Below are positions 1 through 13,574 of a stretch of 64,000 nt of DNA, piece by piece (position 1 is the stretch's first letter; each line of letters starts with the position of its first letter). Made by a program: the position numbers and the translations under genes. The notes beneath the pieces were generated by a model. That model was not told where the DNA came from, did not search any database, and worked only from the letters and a program-made list of their open reading frames with translations. The DNA is from Marsupella aquatica (Eukaryota; Plantae; Marchantiophyta), in assembly GCA_973895155.1 (NCBI GenBank), contig OZ316893.1, positions 23,334,015 through 23,398,014 on the forward strand, read 5' to 3'.

Positions 1-3000
1 TCGATCTGTAGGACAGCTGCTTCCAACAAGACATGGAAATGCTTAAGAAAAACACATTTTCAGTTTTGTTACGACACATCCTTGTTGCGAAGTACATAAT
101 ACTAGTGATGGTCACTACGTCAACAGTACATTCTTAAAATGTCAGTTGCTAATATTTATCGACATGTATATGCAAGGAGCTATTGCCCTCGTCACCTGGC
201 AGGTTCCTAATCTACACAAAGTGACTTGTTTGACACAGCCGTGGGTACCCTGTACCACTTTCAGAATATTGAAGAGAAGCTCGCAACCTCCAACAGAGCA
301 CAGTCGAATGTAAGGGGCAGCATAGACTTATAGTGACGTTACAAAATTCTTTGCTATTCACTAAGATCTGTCGAATATCCTTTGCCAGCAAGACAAAATT
401 CATCAGGTTTCTGACCTGCCGTCTGGGAAGTAGAGATCGTAATGAGATATTCCATGGTCAGCAAAACGCCTCCGATCATATGTCCGCTTATTGAGCCTGA
501 TCACGGCATTGACTCCGACCTGCTTCCGCCCAATTAAGATGTTACTATGGGAACAGCTAAGCCAGCGACAGTCGACGCAGTGAAACTATATTAAATCTTC
601 TGACAAAATCTATCAAACTCCTATCAACTTCACAACTGATGGTCCTATGATAAAAACAGAAGACGACAACAAAACAGACAAGTACTGAGAAAATATCAAA
701 GCCTTTAATCAGCTTTAGGTGGAAAGGGCACAGACCCGATGAAAATACTCCACATAATCTTCAGGAATCAGTGTCCTGTACCCATAGATCTACACAGCAA
801 CATTCATTAAACACTTTTACTAAGAGTGTAAAGCTTGGGGCCAATTTTTGGCTCCTAAATACGCGACAAGATTACTTTGAGGTTTCTTTACAGAGGCCAC
901 AGTGAGCACCACGCAAGCTACCCCCAAATCTCCAAAGACAGCTCATGTTACAACTATACCTAGGAAAGCAACAGACCAACTTACTCCAGAAAATCTTCTC
1001 TTATCCTCACCTCGTACAACCCTAAATGTTGCGTGAGTTCTCTTTCCTCTATGAGACAGAGACTGAAAGCTGTGGCAGTTCCGACCTAAGATTGACACCC
1101 TGGTGGGCAAAAAGCACAACTTTCGCTCCACCAGGTTAGTATCCTGCGGCGGAAGGCTAAGTCAGGTGGCACGGTGTAAAGACGCTACAGAATATGGACG
1201 CGCAGTACTCGACCCACAAATTTTAAACCAAGCCTGCTAGCATCTCCCCACTCACTAGCACCTCCACATCTCCAAATCACAGCACGGCGACTGACAAGTG
1301 GTGGGGTTGTCACTAGAGTTCCACGCAGATATCATGCAAATTATCCACTTTGGAGGAGCTTTGCGAAAGAACCTCCAGCCGCCTTGATGATGGGCCACTG
1401 AAAGCAATGAGCTTGTTTGGGACTATCCAATTGAGGTCTCCATTTTCAACCTGCCAGCAATAATCACCACATCCTCCACATATGAACTGCTGTAACCAAA
1501 TGCACAAGTGAGAGCCACATACCACATAATGGTTTGTTTCGCCATCTCAATCCATTATATTCCCGTTACCCCTCGAACCTGACTCTATCGGCCACTATTA
1601 AATAAGAAGCTACTATGTGAGCTAACGGGAGGGTGAGTCAAAACCTGCTCGAAGTATTCATATTCTTCTAGATTGAAGTTGTTGAAGTCAATCCAGCCCA
1701 CCTTCTGTGCTTTCGCAACGGCCTGTTCACAACCATAGAGCAACTGGCTGAGAGAAAATTCAACTGAATCTGACAATGATCCTATGTCAGCTTATGCTTT
1801 GCCTCCTACCCCATATTATATGGCTTCAACGTTAACACTCTTTACCTGAACCATGAACATGTAGATGCCGACAGGGAATCAAACATGATGCCTGCAGGAA
1901 ACCGAGTTGAATCTAACAATAAAGTACAACTAACCCCATGACCCTCTTTGCCTAATTTCACTAGAAAGACTGATTCAGGGAAAAAATGATGGCGTTCAAA
2001 TTGTAAACTAGATGGCATTCATTGTGCTTTTCAAGAGACTTAACCTTTCGAAAAAGAACACGCACCGATGCAGTTCCAAACATCCTAGAAGGATTCATTG
2101 TCTTGAGAGAAGCAATGGTGACTAAACAAGAGACCTTCTTACACTGAACTATCACAGAAATGTGCATCCACAAACACGGGAGAGGTGGGAGGGGGCGGCA
2201 AGGAACTAGTACCCGGATACAGTCGATCACTGTAAGATGATAGGTGGAAACACCACATGTTGGATCACGAAAGTGTATATATGGTTCAAACATGGACAAT
2301 GGTCCATAAGCCACTTCTGGATCCACACATGCAAAAAGCACAAGGTACGACCCTAGCTGCAAGCCAACCACGTCTTTCAGCGTCCAGCAATCACGACTTC
2401 ATGCACAATATCCGTGATTCATTGCAGGGCCAAAGAGCTACTAAGTTAATTGCTTCCCTGCCCAAGGAACATAAAGCTAAACGTTTGCAATTCGCGACCA
2501 GATTTCAACTCGAATGCAGCCATCTTAAAATGAACTTAAGCTCTCCTTCCTAGGATCCAAGTGCCAAACCCTACATCGAGTCAGCACATCACGATCGAAG
2601 TATCGTACCAAAACTGCAGCGTTTGCCTTTTTCTTTGGGTCAGCACCACAATAGAAGAGGACACAACGCCCTAGCTCCTCTGCTTCCTGGTCGGCTCATA
2701 TAAATTTGGAGGCTCCACCACAATGGGAAACCATGCCAGAGCGTTGTTAGATTCAGTACCAGTATCATGGATGTTACAAATGTCAACCACTATGTTCACG
2801 AATTTCCATCACAGAAACTTAGGGGGGAAGCTTATTGAGAATCATAACTCCAAAACATTCTACCAACCAAATTGTGCAGAAGCAAACCTTAAGAAGGCCA
2901 TGAAGCTTCCAACAAAAGCGGTATGTGCAACCAAGGTTTAATGGTCCAAAGTCGGTAAAAAAGGGCTCGTAGATCTGTTGAGATCCATAAACTTTCGTTA

Positions 3001-4095
3001 GCTGGTAGACTACAGAAAGCAGGTCCAGCAATTGATAACTGGTTATTTGTATCAACCAGCAAGGCTTAGGTGAAGCGCAGACGAGTAAGAAAGTGATTTC
3101 CTGACCGGTCTCGCAGTCAGCCTAAGATTCAAGAAGCTACAAGATGCTGAGATACAAGATTAGACATAACCTAGTGATAATCACTCCAATAAAACATTGT
3201 AGCTCCAACGACTACGTGAAATGAATGCACAAATTGTTTACGATATGAAAGAGAATTGGAGCAAGAAACAAAGGGCAACTGTATGCATTCGCATTTCCAT
3301 TGCTCACACGAGATACATGCCCAATTATTCCAGTCAAATATACTCTGCAAAGTTCATTCTACCAAGCTGACAGTGGGCATTTGTAACATGGTCAGGATAG
3401 CTCTGAGGTCATTATGCGTTCAACTTGGATATGATTGTGTTGAATAGGGCGAGGCTGCACCCGTATGTTCTATATCCTCGGCTCATCTCTCAAGTCATGG
3501 AGTTCATAGGTCTAGGTCCTCTGGGCATTGAGAACACATTCATGATCCGACATACGCGCATTCTGTCGGCGTTTGCCTGAAAAGTTTTGTGAAAGAAGCG
3601 AAGCCAAATACGGTACCCAAGTCGTAAAAAATCCGCGGACAGCGCTTTGAGCGGGTTACTCATTTCCCTCTAACAGCATGGATACTCCTAATTTCAGCCG
3701 CGGATAATGTCATTCAAAGTCGACATCTTTAGACACCTTAACTTTGTTCTAAATGTCACGCCTCTGAGAAAATTCGTGCAACGCTTCTCAAGCATCGAAA
3801 AGGGAACGCTTCAAAATTCAGCAAAATGCTAGGGATCGACGGCCAGGGACTTCGCTGTACATTATCAATTTGAATTGAAGAAAGACAATTTGCAGCATTA
3901 CTTTGTTGTGTAGTGCCTGTGAAGGAATGAACGTGGTAATCAACGCACCAGCTCGTCGTCGATGCAAAACGCTGTGCCAGGCCGTGGCAGGGCAGACAAC
4001 ACTACCGAATCCTCGGTCCAGTGCAATGGCGCGAAGTAAAGCCGATTTCGTATCACTTCACTCAAATCCACTCGGCCCTTTTCTCCAAGCCCCAT
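1..4095 (-). CDS. CDC14: CDC14-family dual-specificity protein phosphatase, 5' part; gene continues beyond position 1
   Basis: Manually spliced GT-AG exons in consistent phase: 4095-3949 (MGLGEK...EVIRNRLYFAPL...FCIDDEL), 2974-2888 (IYEPFFTDFGPLNLGCTYRFC), 2686-2609 (...KKKANAAVL), 2356-2213 (LGSYLVL...FRDPTCGVSTYHLTVIDCIR), 1722-1645 (GWIDFNNFNLEEYEYFEQ), 1450-1373 (VENGDLNWIVPNKLIAFSGP), 789-736 (LIPEDYVEYFHR), 519-416 (VIRLNKRTYDRRRF...DLYFPDGS), 16-1 (CPTDR). These are hallmark Cdc14 motifs. The HCxAGxGR catalytic loop lies outside the window. The start codon is the least certain element. Confidence 0.95.
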
Positions 4096-5094
4096 GTTGT
4101 AGACTCCTGCTCCCGAATTCCGCCACCGTCGCGGTCTCTCTATCTTCTTCTCTGTCCTTCAGTCCCAGGCACCTACGGTGTTCACCTCCATTGAGGAAAT
4201 CCAAGCCGCTTCTCGGTCATGCCCGCGACAATTGCCACAACAATCACCGCAAGGTGATTATCAACAAACATAAAAGATTAGGATGCGATTGCTCCGCCAT
4301 TGGTGTCCTCTCCTCCCAGTATTCAAGACACTCCGCCCCGCCGCGACGAAAGAAATCACGATAGGAACATGCGCATACACCCCGCCTGCCCTGTTGCAAC
4401 TTTTGTTCCTCCTCGTCTGCTCCTCCCGGCCTTGTCGCCTCCATCATCGTGCCCGTCACAACAATGAGGCGATGGCACCCTAATTAGCGATTGCAACACG
4501 GTAATCACAACAATCACTGCCTTCGTCAAACTTTTCCCGCAGTCCCTCCTCCTCTCTGCGCCCTCTCACACGGAATTAGCCATTTGGAACTCCCCTGATC
4601 TCGCCGCCTGAAAGAAACATGAATCCTAGGCACTACGCACCTGGACGAACCGAATCAGTCGATGGAAGAGAAACTCATCTCGCCAAACAGCAACAAACAC
4701 ATCACCAAATTCAATCCTCAATTCAATCTCTTGCCCCGCTCGTTCATCACTCTTGCCCTCTTCCGTTTCTCTGCCCCCATGTTTCACTCCGCTCCTCGAA
4801 ATGTGCTTCCGTCCTTCAGTCTTTCTTCTTCATTTTTTTCTCTTGCAGCGGATGGAGGTCGGTCGGTGCTCAAAGCAAGATCATCGAAGACCTGCAGACC
4901 AAACCAAGCAAGTGATGCGCGTACCAAGCACGGCTAGAATCCCATCTGGCCTCCTCGATTCTTCGCTTCTGCTCTCGAATGGATATCGAGAGAAAGCGCT
5001 TTCTTCCATTCCATTCCTTTCCTTTCCTTTCGTCTGCGTTCTGAGGAATCTCTCTCGCGCTCTCTCCGTTCGCTCTGTCTCGTACGTATGCTGT

Positions 5095-5630
5095 ATGTAG
5101 GGTGTACATACTCCGTATGTGGTATATTTGTGGTATCTATACTTAGTACAAACTCAAATGGACCTATTCTCTCTGTTTTGTTTCGTATATATTATGTATT
5201 TACTTCATAACCAGGGCTTGTGACCAAAGAGGTTTGGTCACAAAAGCTAGACTATTACAAATGACTTCTCCTTAGTATTGTATGTTGTATTTTTCAGAAT
5301 CATATGTCTAGAATACTATGGGCAGAATCATATGAGCAGAAAAAAATTTGGAGGCATTTTGGGGGCCCACCACAAAGGTGAAGTTAAACTGAAAACAAAG
5401 TATGTAGTATATATTTAGTATAAACTCAATTTGATCCGTTCTCCCCGTTTATGGTGTACTCTGTATGTACTCTGTAAAAATACGTATGTGGAATATATAC
5501 TTAGTATAAAATCAATTGGATCTGTTCTCTCTGTTTCGTATGTGCTCTGTATGTACTATATGAACTATGTATGTGGTATATATATTTAGTATAAACTCAA
5601 TTGGATCCGTTCTCTCTGTCCTGTTCTGTA
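5095..5630. repeat. Degenerate AT-rich tandem repeat
   Basis: The motif TATA(C/T)TTAGTATAAACTCAATTGGATCCGTTCTCTCTG recurs with variants at about 5138, 5411, 5496 and 5582. Confidence 0.7.
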
Positions 5631-5689
5631 TTCTGTAGATTTTTAGAGCATCTCCAATGGTGGATTAATGAGTACTTACTTGCCATAGT

Positions 5690-5955
5690 TGCTTGGTTGG
5701 TTTCTTTGGTGTGTGATTCATTGCTACTTTTTCAGTGGTAGTTCATCGGTTTATCCTTTGCCCTGGGGACTAATGTGTTGGGTCTCTTGGTGCTTCTTGG
5801 CCTTTTCATGGTTGTTGGTCTGGCCTCTTACTCCCCGTTTTTTATTGTGTTTTACTTGGGCTCTGGGTGCTTCTTGGCCTTTTGATCCTTGTTCTCCTGG
5901 TCTTTTAGTGGGTTTTACTTTTCATATAAATAGAGTTCTCCTTTCAAGAAAAAAG
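5690..5955 (+). mobile_element. Probable 3' tail of a LINE/non-LTR retroelement
   Basis: GT-rich tract ending in ATATAAATAGAGTTCTCCTTTCAAGAAAAAA. Similar tails occur at 31930-32232 (+) and 62960-63130 (-). No coding motif is seen. Confidence 0.35.
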
Positions 5956-8199
5956 AGGGAAAAAGGCATGCTGTATATTCTTAGAGCATCTCCTACTGTC
6001 GAGTGTATTATGTATATTCGTAGAGCATCTCCAATCGTGGACTAATCAATGAGAGAAAAATCAAATTTTTATGTTGGGTCAAAGTGTGGTCATTTTTTTT
6101 TCCAATCTTCACTCGTCATAAATTTAAATTTTTCAGACGTTGTGCACCATTTTTCTTCTAACGAAAACATCAAATGAAATAACACGTAAACAATTCATGC
6201 AGACTGCTTTGCATAAGTGCAGAGTCCCGGGAAGAAGGCCTAACCGTGCACTTATTCAAAAGTATAGTGTAGAGCAAATATTGATGTGTCAAACAATGTA
6301 CAGAAATGTATGATCTGAGACGTTGTCCACGGCAACTACTATGAGACTGTCAAGGCTGTAGTAAACTTGCTTTTTTAAGGCTCAACCTAAGCATGAATGA
6401 AAAACTTTCTACCAGTGTAATTAATTAGGGTTAAATACTAAGTGGTCAACAACAGTAGGAACCTATCCCCAAGTACCTAGACTAAGCACCCCACTAGACT
6501 GAATGCCTTGTATTTGCAAGTTGCTATGAGTAGTTTTGTGGGATACTACAATCTTTCACTGCATCATTACAATAATGTTTGGCAGACTTGTACATCCATT
6601 TGAAGGTCTTGTGGATAAACGCGATGTGTGGCAGAATTATACATTTATTTGAAGGACCTTTGGGTAAGTAATCAAATATTATAATCAAGATATAACTCAA
6701 CACTCAAGAAAATTTCTAACAATAAAGTTTGACAGAAACAAGAGGATCAAATAGTCTAATCAAGACTTCACTCAACACATTAGAAAAATTCTAACGATAA
6801 AGTCTAAACAAGTGATCTCGTGAGTAACTGAAAACCAACCAACTCAAACTCATCCTGCGGTCCAATTCCAAAACTCCAGAAGCTCCAGTGATCTTTTTCC
6901 AAAGAAAATCAAGCAAGTAAAACCAAGTGACTCAAACTCCTGTGGTCTTAACTCAAACTGCAATGGTCTGGCATTTATACAGCCTTTTTCAAAGAAAACC
7001 AAGCAAGTAACTTCAGTGGTCTGGCGTTTATTCGCTTTTCAATGATGTAAACAATATTATTATCGAGGCAATTTCAGACATTTTGATAGAGACAACTTAG
7101 TCAGCCTGGGGAATACCTGGGGACGATCCAGCGCACATAATCCTTGAATAATTATTCCCTGTTGTGCCACCTGCTCACTGCATCAAACGAATTCACGTAA
7201 TATAGTCACGGACATGATCCAGATTTGCTAGATGTCACAAGAGGACATGGCAAGATGTCACAAGAGGACATGGCAATGCTAGTAGATTACCAAGCTGGAA
7301 GAAGACCAAGAGTTAAATTTCGGCTGCCTTCAGCAGAGAATTGCGCAGATGTTCAATATACTAAGCAATTGTCCTGAAAAATTCTAATACCGACGACAAT
7401 TGAAAGCGAAATGAAAGAAGTACTCGGAGCTTTCGACTGAATTGCGAGTAAATTCAAAAAATTCAAAAATCTGGACAAGAGGAGGTCTACTGATGATTAT
7501 ATTTGGATTCAGAAAAACGCATCCGAGTTTTTGGGGAACAGATATTCGACTCTATTCCAATACAAGAGCCAGCCTTCTCCAGTTATTGCCACTCACACGG
7601 TAGTTGCATCCATCATGTTGTTTTGACTTGCTCTCCAATGTGAATTGATGATAACAGTCCATTCTGTTGTTGAAAATTGCTCTTCAAAATAAAAATGCCA
7701 TTCAAAATCTTATCTATATTTCGGTACTGTTTGGAATGTGCAAGATGATACAAAATGCCACAATCATGGCCGATAGTTGTATGGGAAAATTTAATTTGCT
7801 CATGCTGCTCACAAACTGTCATAGCTCTTAAAAAAATGTAGAGATCGTGCAGAAATGATCGTTCATCTCCTGGGTATTCTAAACTTCTAAGCCAACTGCC
7901 TCCACCTACTGTACATTACTTCGCTGTCTAATTTAGGCGGTTTCTCGAGTCATTGGAGAAATTCTGCATAAAGAATTCTTCACCACTAATTCCTAGAAAA
8001 CATCCTGGCTAAAGTGACAGAATTATTAATCCCTCGTCGTGGATAATTCTTCTGTTTCCAACCTATTCTCAGACCAGTCGAGAATTGTTTCTGCAGACTA
8101 CACTACCTAATGTACAATGCTTTTCGTATACTGAAACGATCTATGTTCCGTCTCGAGGTAAAAATATTGAAAACCAAATTCTTGACCAACGATGAGGCT

Positions 8200-10835
8200 C
8201 TAAGCCTTTTTGCCCATGCCCGCTGCCGACTTAGCTAACGATTTTACGAGTCCAGTCTTCGATATTTTAGCCTTGCTGGGGGACAGAGCTTTCCGAATTT
8301 TAGTGAGAGTCCATACAGTAGCGGCAGCATGTCCCACAGTTCTGAAGCTCTCGTCTGTCAACTCTTTCGCTGCTTCTCCATATCTGTATCATCCCAAAAA
8401 CGCACGATTACAAACAGCACAACTATAGTGAAGTTCTACTTCATTCAAAGGAAGCTAATAATGTCGCTAATAATGTCTAGTAGGTACTGGGAGAGGGCCG
8501 CTAATAAAATGATTGAATAGAAGACACCAAATGAGCTTCACAAATGTATCCTTAAATCAAAACATTTATGTTGGATGGATAGAAACGGAACCAATGTTGC
8601 AAAGATTTGAATCAGATGTCATGATGGCCGACAGAAAGGAGCTTTGGCCTAAGAATGAATCAATACGAAAGATAACTTCACTGAAATTAAAGTACCCAAG
8701 CCAATTGAAAATAAGAGGTGGAGAGGGAGAGAGATCAAAGGAATTTAAAAAATAAAGGTCAAACGACGACCCAGGGTAGGAGGAAAGAAGAGCGCACCTA
8801 TGGTTCACGAAGTCCTGTGTGACTGAAGATGATCTTGTCATAACGCCTTTTCCAGCTATCTCGACCGCATCAAAAACTTTTCCTGTGAATCAAGTAATCC
8901 ACGGAGCAAGAAGTTAATAATGTCTGCATCTTGACCGGCCCATATCTCAAAGCAGGACGTAACGCAATAGCAAGTCATAGTTTCTAAATTTCACAATGAT
9001 AAAATACGAAGAGCACTGGTTTGTTGACTCGAAAGACGAAGAAAACTATAAGGTGCCAGTAAATATACCGAAGGCATCCAAAGACACCAGAGCAACCTCT
9101 CCTGGCAGAAGCTTGAAAAACACTTTGCCCCCAGGAGAATTGACGATGGCACTCGAGAAGAGGCCAGTGGTGTAGACAATTCCACCCAGCACTCCTGCTG
9201 CCACTTTGTCCGTCATTTGCGTTAGCCTCCTTGCCCTGCAACGTTTATAAAAGCCTGCAGCATCAGAATCACTGCTCTATAGAACTATACAAAACCCTAA
9301 ACTTAATTCAAGTCAGGACCAACATTGTTGGCAACATGCCAACATCACAGGACAAGCTTCAGCCATGGCCAAAAACTAAGAAACTCAGTCGAACCCCCTA
9401 AACCTACACTGAAAGATCAAGAACAGGATACAATCACAAAACGCAAGAGTGGAACGAAGTAGACTACTTTTGAATGTAGACCCTGAAATAGTTTTTATCT
9501 CCAGGACCTTGGTCGCAGAGGAAAACAAACAACAGATACTTTCGAGCGGTGCAGTCTATACCAAACGATTTCAAACAGAAATCAACGGCAGTGAAAGAAG
9601 GAGAAGATAGATTCTTACGAGCGCACGCCACCCATGGCAATACCGTTGATCTGCGATTTCTTCTCCTTTGATTTGAACTTAGATTTCATGTAAACATTGC
9701 CCGAATCTAACTTCTCAACAGTTGAATCGCTGAGCCAGAAAATCCCCCGGATAATGTGTCCGGCACCAATGGCAATTCCCTTCGCCATTCTGTGGTTGTA
9801 GTCATCTACATTGGGAGCTATGGTGGTCCAGAAGGCTTTACTGTCCTCCTCAGTTCCTACAAGTTTCCCTTCCCCAGAAACCGTTTCTTCCGGGACAACC
9901 GTGCCTGGAAAGTTGGGATCCCCTGGAGGCATCTTCTCCAAAGCCTCTGCCTGCTTGCTACCATCCCTGATGGCCTCTCCCTGAACTATGGTGGGTGCCG
10001 AGAACATGCTGTACCGCTCGAGGAAATAATCTAGCTCACGAATCCTGCCAGCTTGGTTCTCACTAGTAGCAGATTCCGCCGGAAAAGTTACTCCGTAATT
10101 TAGCGTCTCCGTTCTATTTGCAGCGTTTGATCTGGATGACGAGTCGTTGCCGTCTATGTCTGCGGGGACCTTAAGAGTGAAGAAGTAATGCGTCGGGTCC
10201 AACTTGACGGTGGGCTCTTCCTCTACCAGAGGCCACTGCAGTTGGTCTCCGACCCTGGCAATGACGGCAACCTTGGTCTTTTCCTGGAACAACCTCACCA
10301 GAGAAAAATCTCCTGTGGCCAAATGCACACTCTCCTCATCGTCTATCAGATGTACTATGGCTCCAGGAATCGTCACCAGTGTCTGCTGCCCGGTGAGTAC
10401 TTCCTCCTCCTCTTCCTCCAATCCGCCGTTTCTGGTCTCTGTTGGGGCGGCTGCATTAGCCTGAGTCTGGGCTCGCTGCTCAGAGCTCTCGAAAATGTTC
10501 GGATACATTCCGGAACTCATCTTCTCTTCTGGCAACTTCTTGGACGAAGCAACGGACGAATTCTTGCTCAAGGACCGTGAATCAGCAGGTGCTTGGGCGT
10601 GCTGCACGTAAGGATTCGGCTGCTGTTGCGCTGTTGCGTCATATGCCTGGACTGCATTCTCCGCTGTAGCTGGATTCCTGAAGCTTCCACGGGGAGCCAT
10701 AGGAGTTGATGGCGTCGACGCAGGGGGATTGCTGTTGCGAGAACTCCCTGTCCATCTGTCAGATCCAATTATGAAGTTCTGCTTGTCCGGAGCCCCATCG
10801 CCATTACCACCCACTTTATCCTTGATCCACTGCAT
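8200..10835 (-). CDS. Senescence/dehydration-associated protein (ERD7-like, Senescence/spartin-associated domain)
   Basis: Exons 10835-9619, 9235-9069, 8882-8798 and 8383-8200, all GT-AG and in phase. Motifs IPGAIVHLID...LATGDFSL, VKLDPTHYFF, FWTTIAPNVDDYN, FFKLLPGEVALVSLDAFGKVFDAVE and HRYGEAA match plant ERD7-family proteins. The first ATG (MQWIKDK) is at 10835; the ORF track starts at an upstream TTG. Confidence 0.92.
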
Positions 10836-11549
10836 CGTTGCTACTTCCAATCCCGCTGCTTACTTATCGAGCAAATTCTCTTCCTCTCTCTGGGTAACGA
10901 AACGACTTGTCTAAACTCTACACAATGAGGGAATTCCAACCAATCTGGATCTAATTTGCCGACTCCGAAGGCAACGAGCTTTCCGTAGCTACCAATGCCG
11001 AACTCCCCAACCTAATCCAAAAAAGCTCGAATGACGCAGCAAATTCTTCGACTAACCTCACAGCTCTCAGGAAAGCTCTATACCGCTCTAAAGTGTGGAA
11101 GTGAACAAATATGGAGCACGAAACTGAGGAAAACTGAACCCCACGGATTGCTTATAAACCACCTGGACACCGCCCAGATCGCGCGGGTCGACAGCTGCAC
11201 ACCGCGGGAATAAAAAATAGCTTGAGTGACCACCTGTCACTCTAAAGAAACCGGCAGTCTATAATAATTACTCTTGAAATCGGACACAAAAAAGACACCT
11301 ATGGAATCCACCGAGAGAAAGAACAGTGCACACAAGCGCAAACTGGAAGAAACGAAATTCTTTTCCGTGTGGGACAATGCTTTCAGCTCACGCGCATCCG
11401 CAGTCCTCGGTGCGTCGCTCTTTGAGCCCTCTCTCGAGTGTGATCCGAATCCGAATCCATCGATCCTCAAGCACGATGCATATAAATCACCTCCGCGTCT
11501 TTCTCTCTTGATGCACGTATCGCCCACCTCGCACGGGCTGTCCCTTTCT

Positions 11550-11870
11550 TGCCGACCTCCTCGAACTCTCTTTACAAGTAAAGACACTGTAATCGTCACA
11601 CAGTGACAGTAGAATCCAATCTACAATATTAACAAATAATATCGCTTACAGTGTAACGGTGACCCAAATGAGACCGCGGGTTAGAGGGGGACCACTCTTC
11701 TTCCACAGCAAGTCACTTCGGTGGGTCCGGACTGGAGTTGTACTCTCGAAAAGCAGTCTCACTTGGCATGGTCAGGTTCCAACACGTGGCTTATGTGACC
11801 AGGTGGCGAGATATCAAGAACTACAGACCCTGACGCTTCCAATAGCAAACCGATCGTGCCACGCGTACAA
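11550..11870 (-). promoter_or_regulatory. Putative ABRE/CE3/DRE elements upstream of the ERD7-like gene
   Basis: CACGTGGC at 11783-11790 (ABRE), GCCACGCGT at about 11858 (CE3-like) and GCCGAC at about 11551 (DRE core). These short motifs fit a dehydration gene but are unproven. Confidence 0.4.
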
Positions 11871-13174
11871 GGGTGCCTCGTGGCAGATGCTGAATGGCCT
11901 GGACTCTCCGGGATTGTTTCCCGAACCGTATTCAGGACAGGACCGGCACAGCGTGGGCTGTGACGAACCTGGATTTTACTGTGAGAAGTCCAAAATTCAC
12001 ATGGACCACCAAAATGTTGTCCAGGGGAGCAACATGGAGGTCCATTTGGGCTTCACTTTCCCAGGTGGTGCTATCTAAGTAATGTGTTTATTGACTAATA
12101 ATTATGTCACTAAAAAATTCTGAATTCTACATTTATCTTATGCATCCAATTGCAGGTGTGGTCCTGTCACAAAATTTATAAGATCATCTTCTGGCCGTCC
12201 AATTTATTCCTTCATTCTTTTTGTGCTGTCTCCGGTTCAAATTGCAGGTGTGGTTCTCTCACAAAAATTCATTAAATTATGTTCTGGCAGTCCAATTTAT
12301 TTCTTTCTTGTAGGACTCACTAGTTCATGCAACTACTAGGTCCACTAATTTCAATTAATAAAATTCCTCAGATAACAAGAAAATAAATTTTGTGCAAAAC
12401 CTAGTTTACTCTGAATATGCTTCCTAGAATTTTAGATAGTGACCCCCATTACCAACAACAACAACAACAACATGATACCTTCTCAATCATTCTCTTCATC
12501 AATTGGCGTCAACCTATTCATTTGCACTTCCCCAACTATTGATGTGCAATATTTTTGGTATCATGCCTACATCCATGTATTTTTCTTATCCGTGCCTTAC
12601 GTAGCAATTATGGATTAGCCCTTCATTGAGAACCATGTGAATATAGCCTACAAATTCTGATCGGCAGGGGAGCTTTATTTTTGGATAGACATTATTGAAT
12701 TTTGTATGAGATTCAATTCAGTTTTATAGATTGTTGGTACGTATTTTGTGTTCCCTGTTGTGTTGCTTGTCATTCTAGGGTGAGGTGACCACAAGAAGGC
12801 AGGGGATTGTACCCACTTTGCCACATCTAAGAGATGGCGGCACTACCATTTAGGTTAGGGTTGACTGTAACAACAGGTGTAGCCCTGGCATTTGTGGATA
12901 GGAGAATGCACACCCCTATATTGACTTCTAGTGGAGGTCTTATCTTCAGTGGGATCCACATGATGGTTGGGGGGTCTCCAAGAAACTATATAAACGGCAT
13001 CCATATAAGTGGTCCAAAATAAGTATTTTCATATTGTTCTTCAGGTTCCGTTTCGCGACCCTCCTATGCGGTTTACTCCACAACTTTACCAGGCTTTTTA
13101 GTTCTCCGCTCAGTAGGGTGTTAGTTACGGACCCCAATTAGGGGTCTCTTGCAAATTCTCTGCCATGAGGTTGC

Positions 13175-13331
13175 GCCATATCATCACAACTAACCACAAA
13201 CAGAAATTTTCCTACTTTTAACAATAACAAACGTGCACATTCTTGTTTGTGGGCCATATCATCACAACTAGCCACAAACAGAAATGATCCTACTTTTAAC
13301 AATAACAAATGTGCACATTCCTGTTTGTGGC
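13175..13331. repeat. About 78-bp tandem duplication
   Basis: GCCATATCATCACAACTA...GTGCACATTC(T/C)TGTTTGTGG occurs twice. Confidence 0.85.
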
Positions 13332-13574
13332 AAAAGTAACGTAATTTTTGGGGCGCCATACCGTAAATATTAAACATAAGAAAAACCAAAATACAAAAGA
13401 AGAGATGTCATTTAGTAAAACAAAGTTATCATTTTGATGTTTGTCAAAGATATATCAGTGTTTTATATCAAAATGCTTGTATTTTTTAATTGTTTGCAAG
13501 TTTAAAAAGATCAATCGATAGAAATGTACATAATTAAAATCCATTTGGCTTCACATTGTAAAACTAAATAATAA

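Noticed and set aside
3903-5109. Several 60-150 aa ORFs upstream of or antisense to CDC14 exon 1
   Set aside because: No recognisable domains; they lie in GC-rich leader/promoter DNA.
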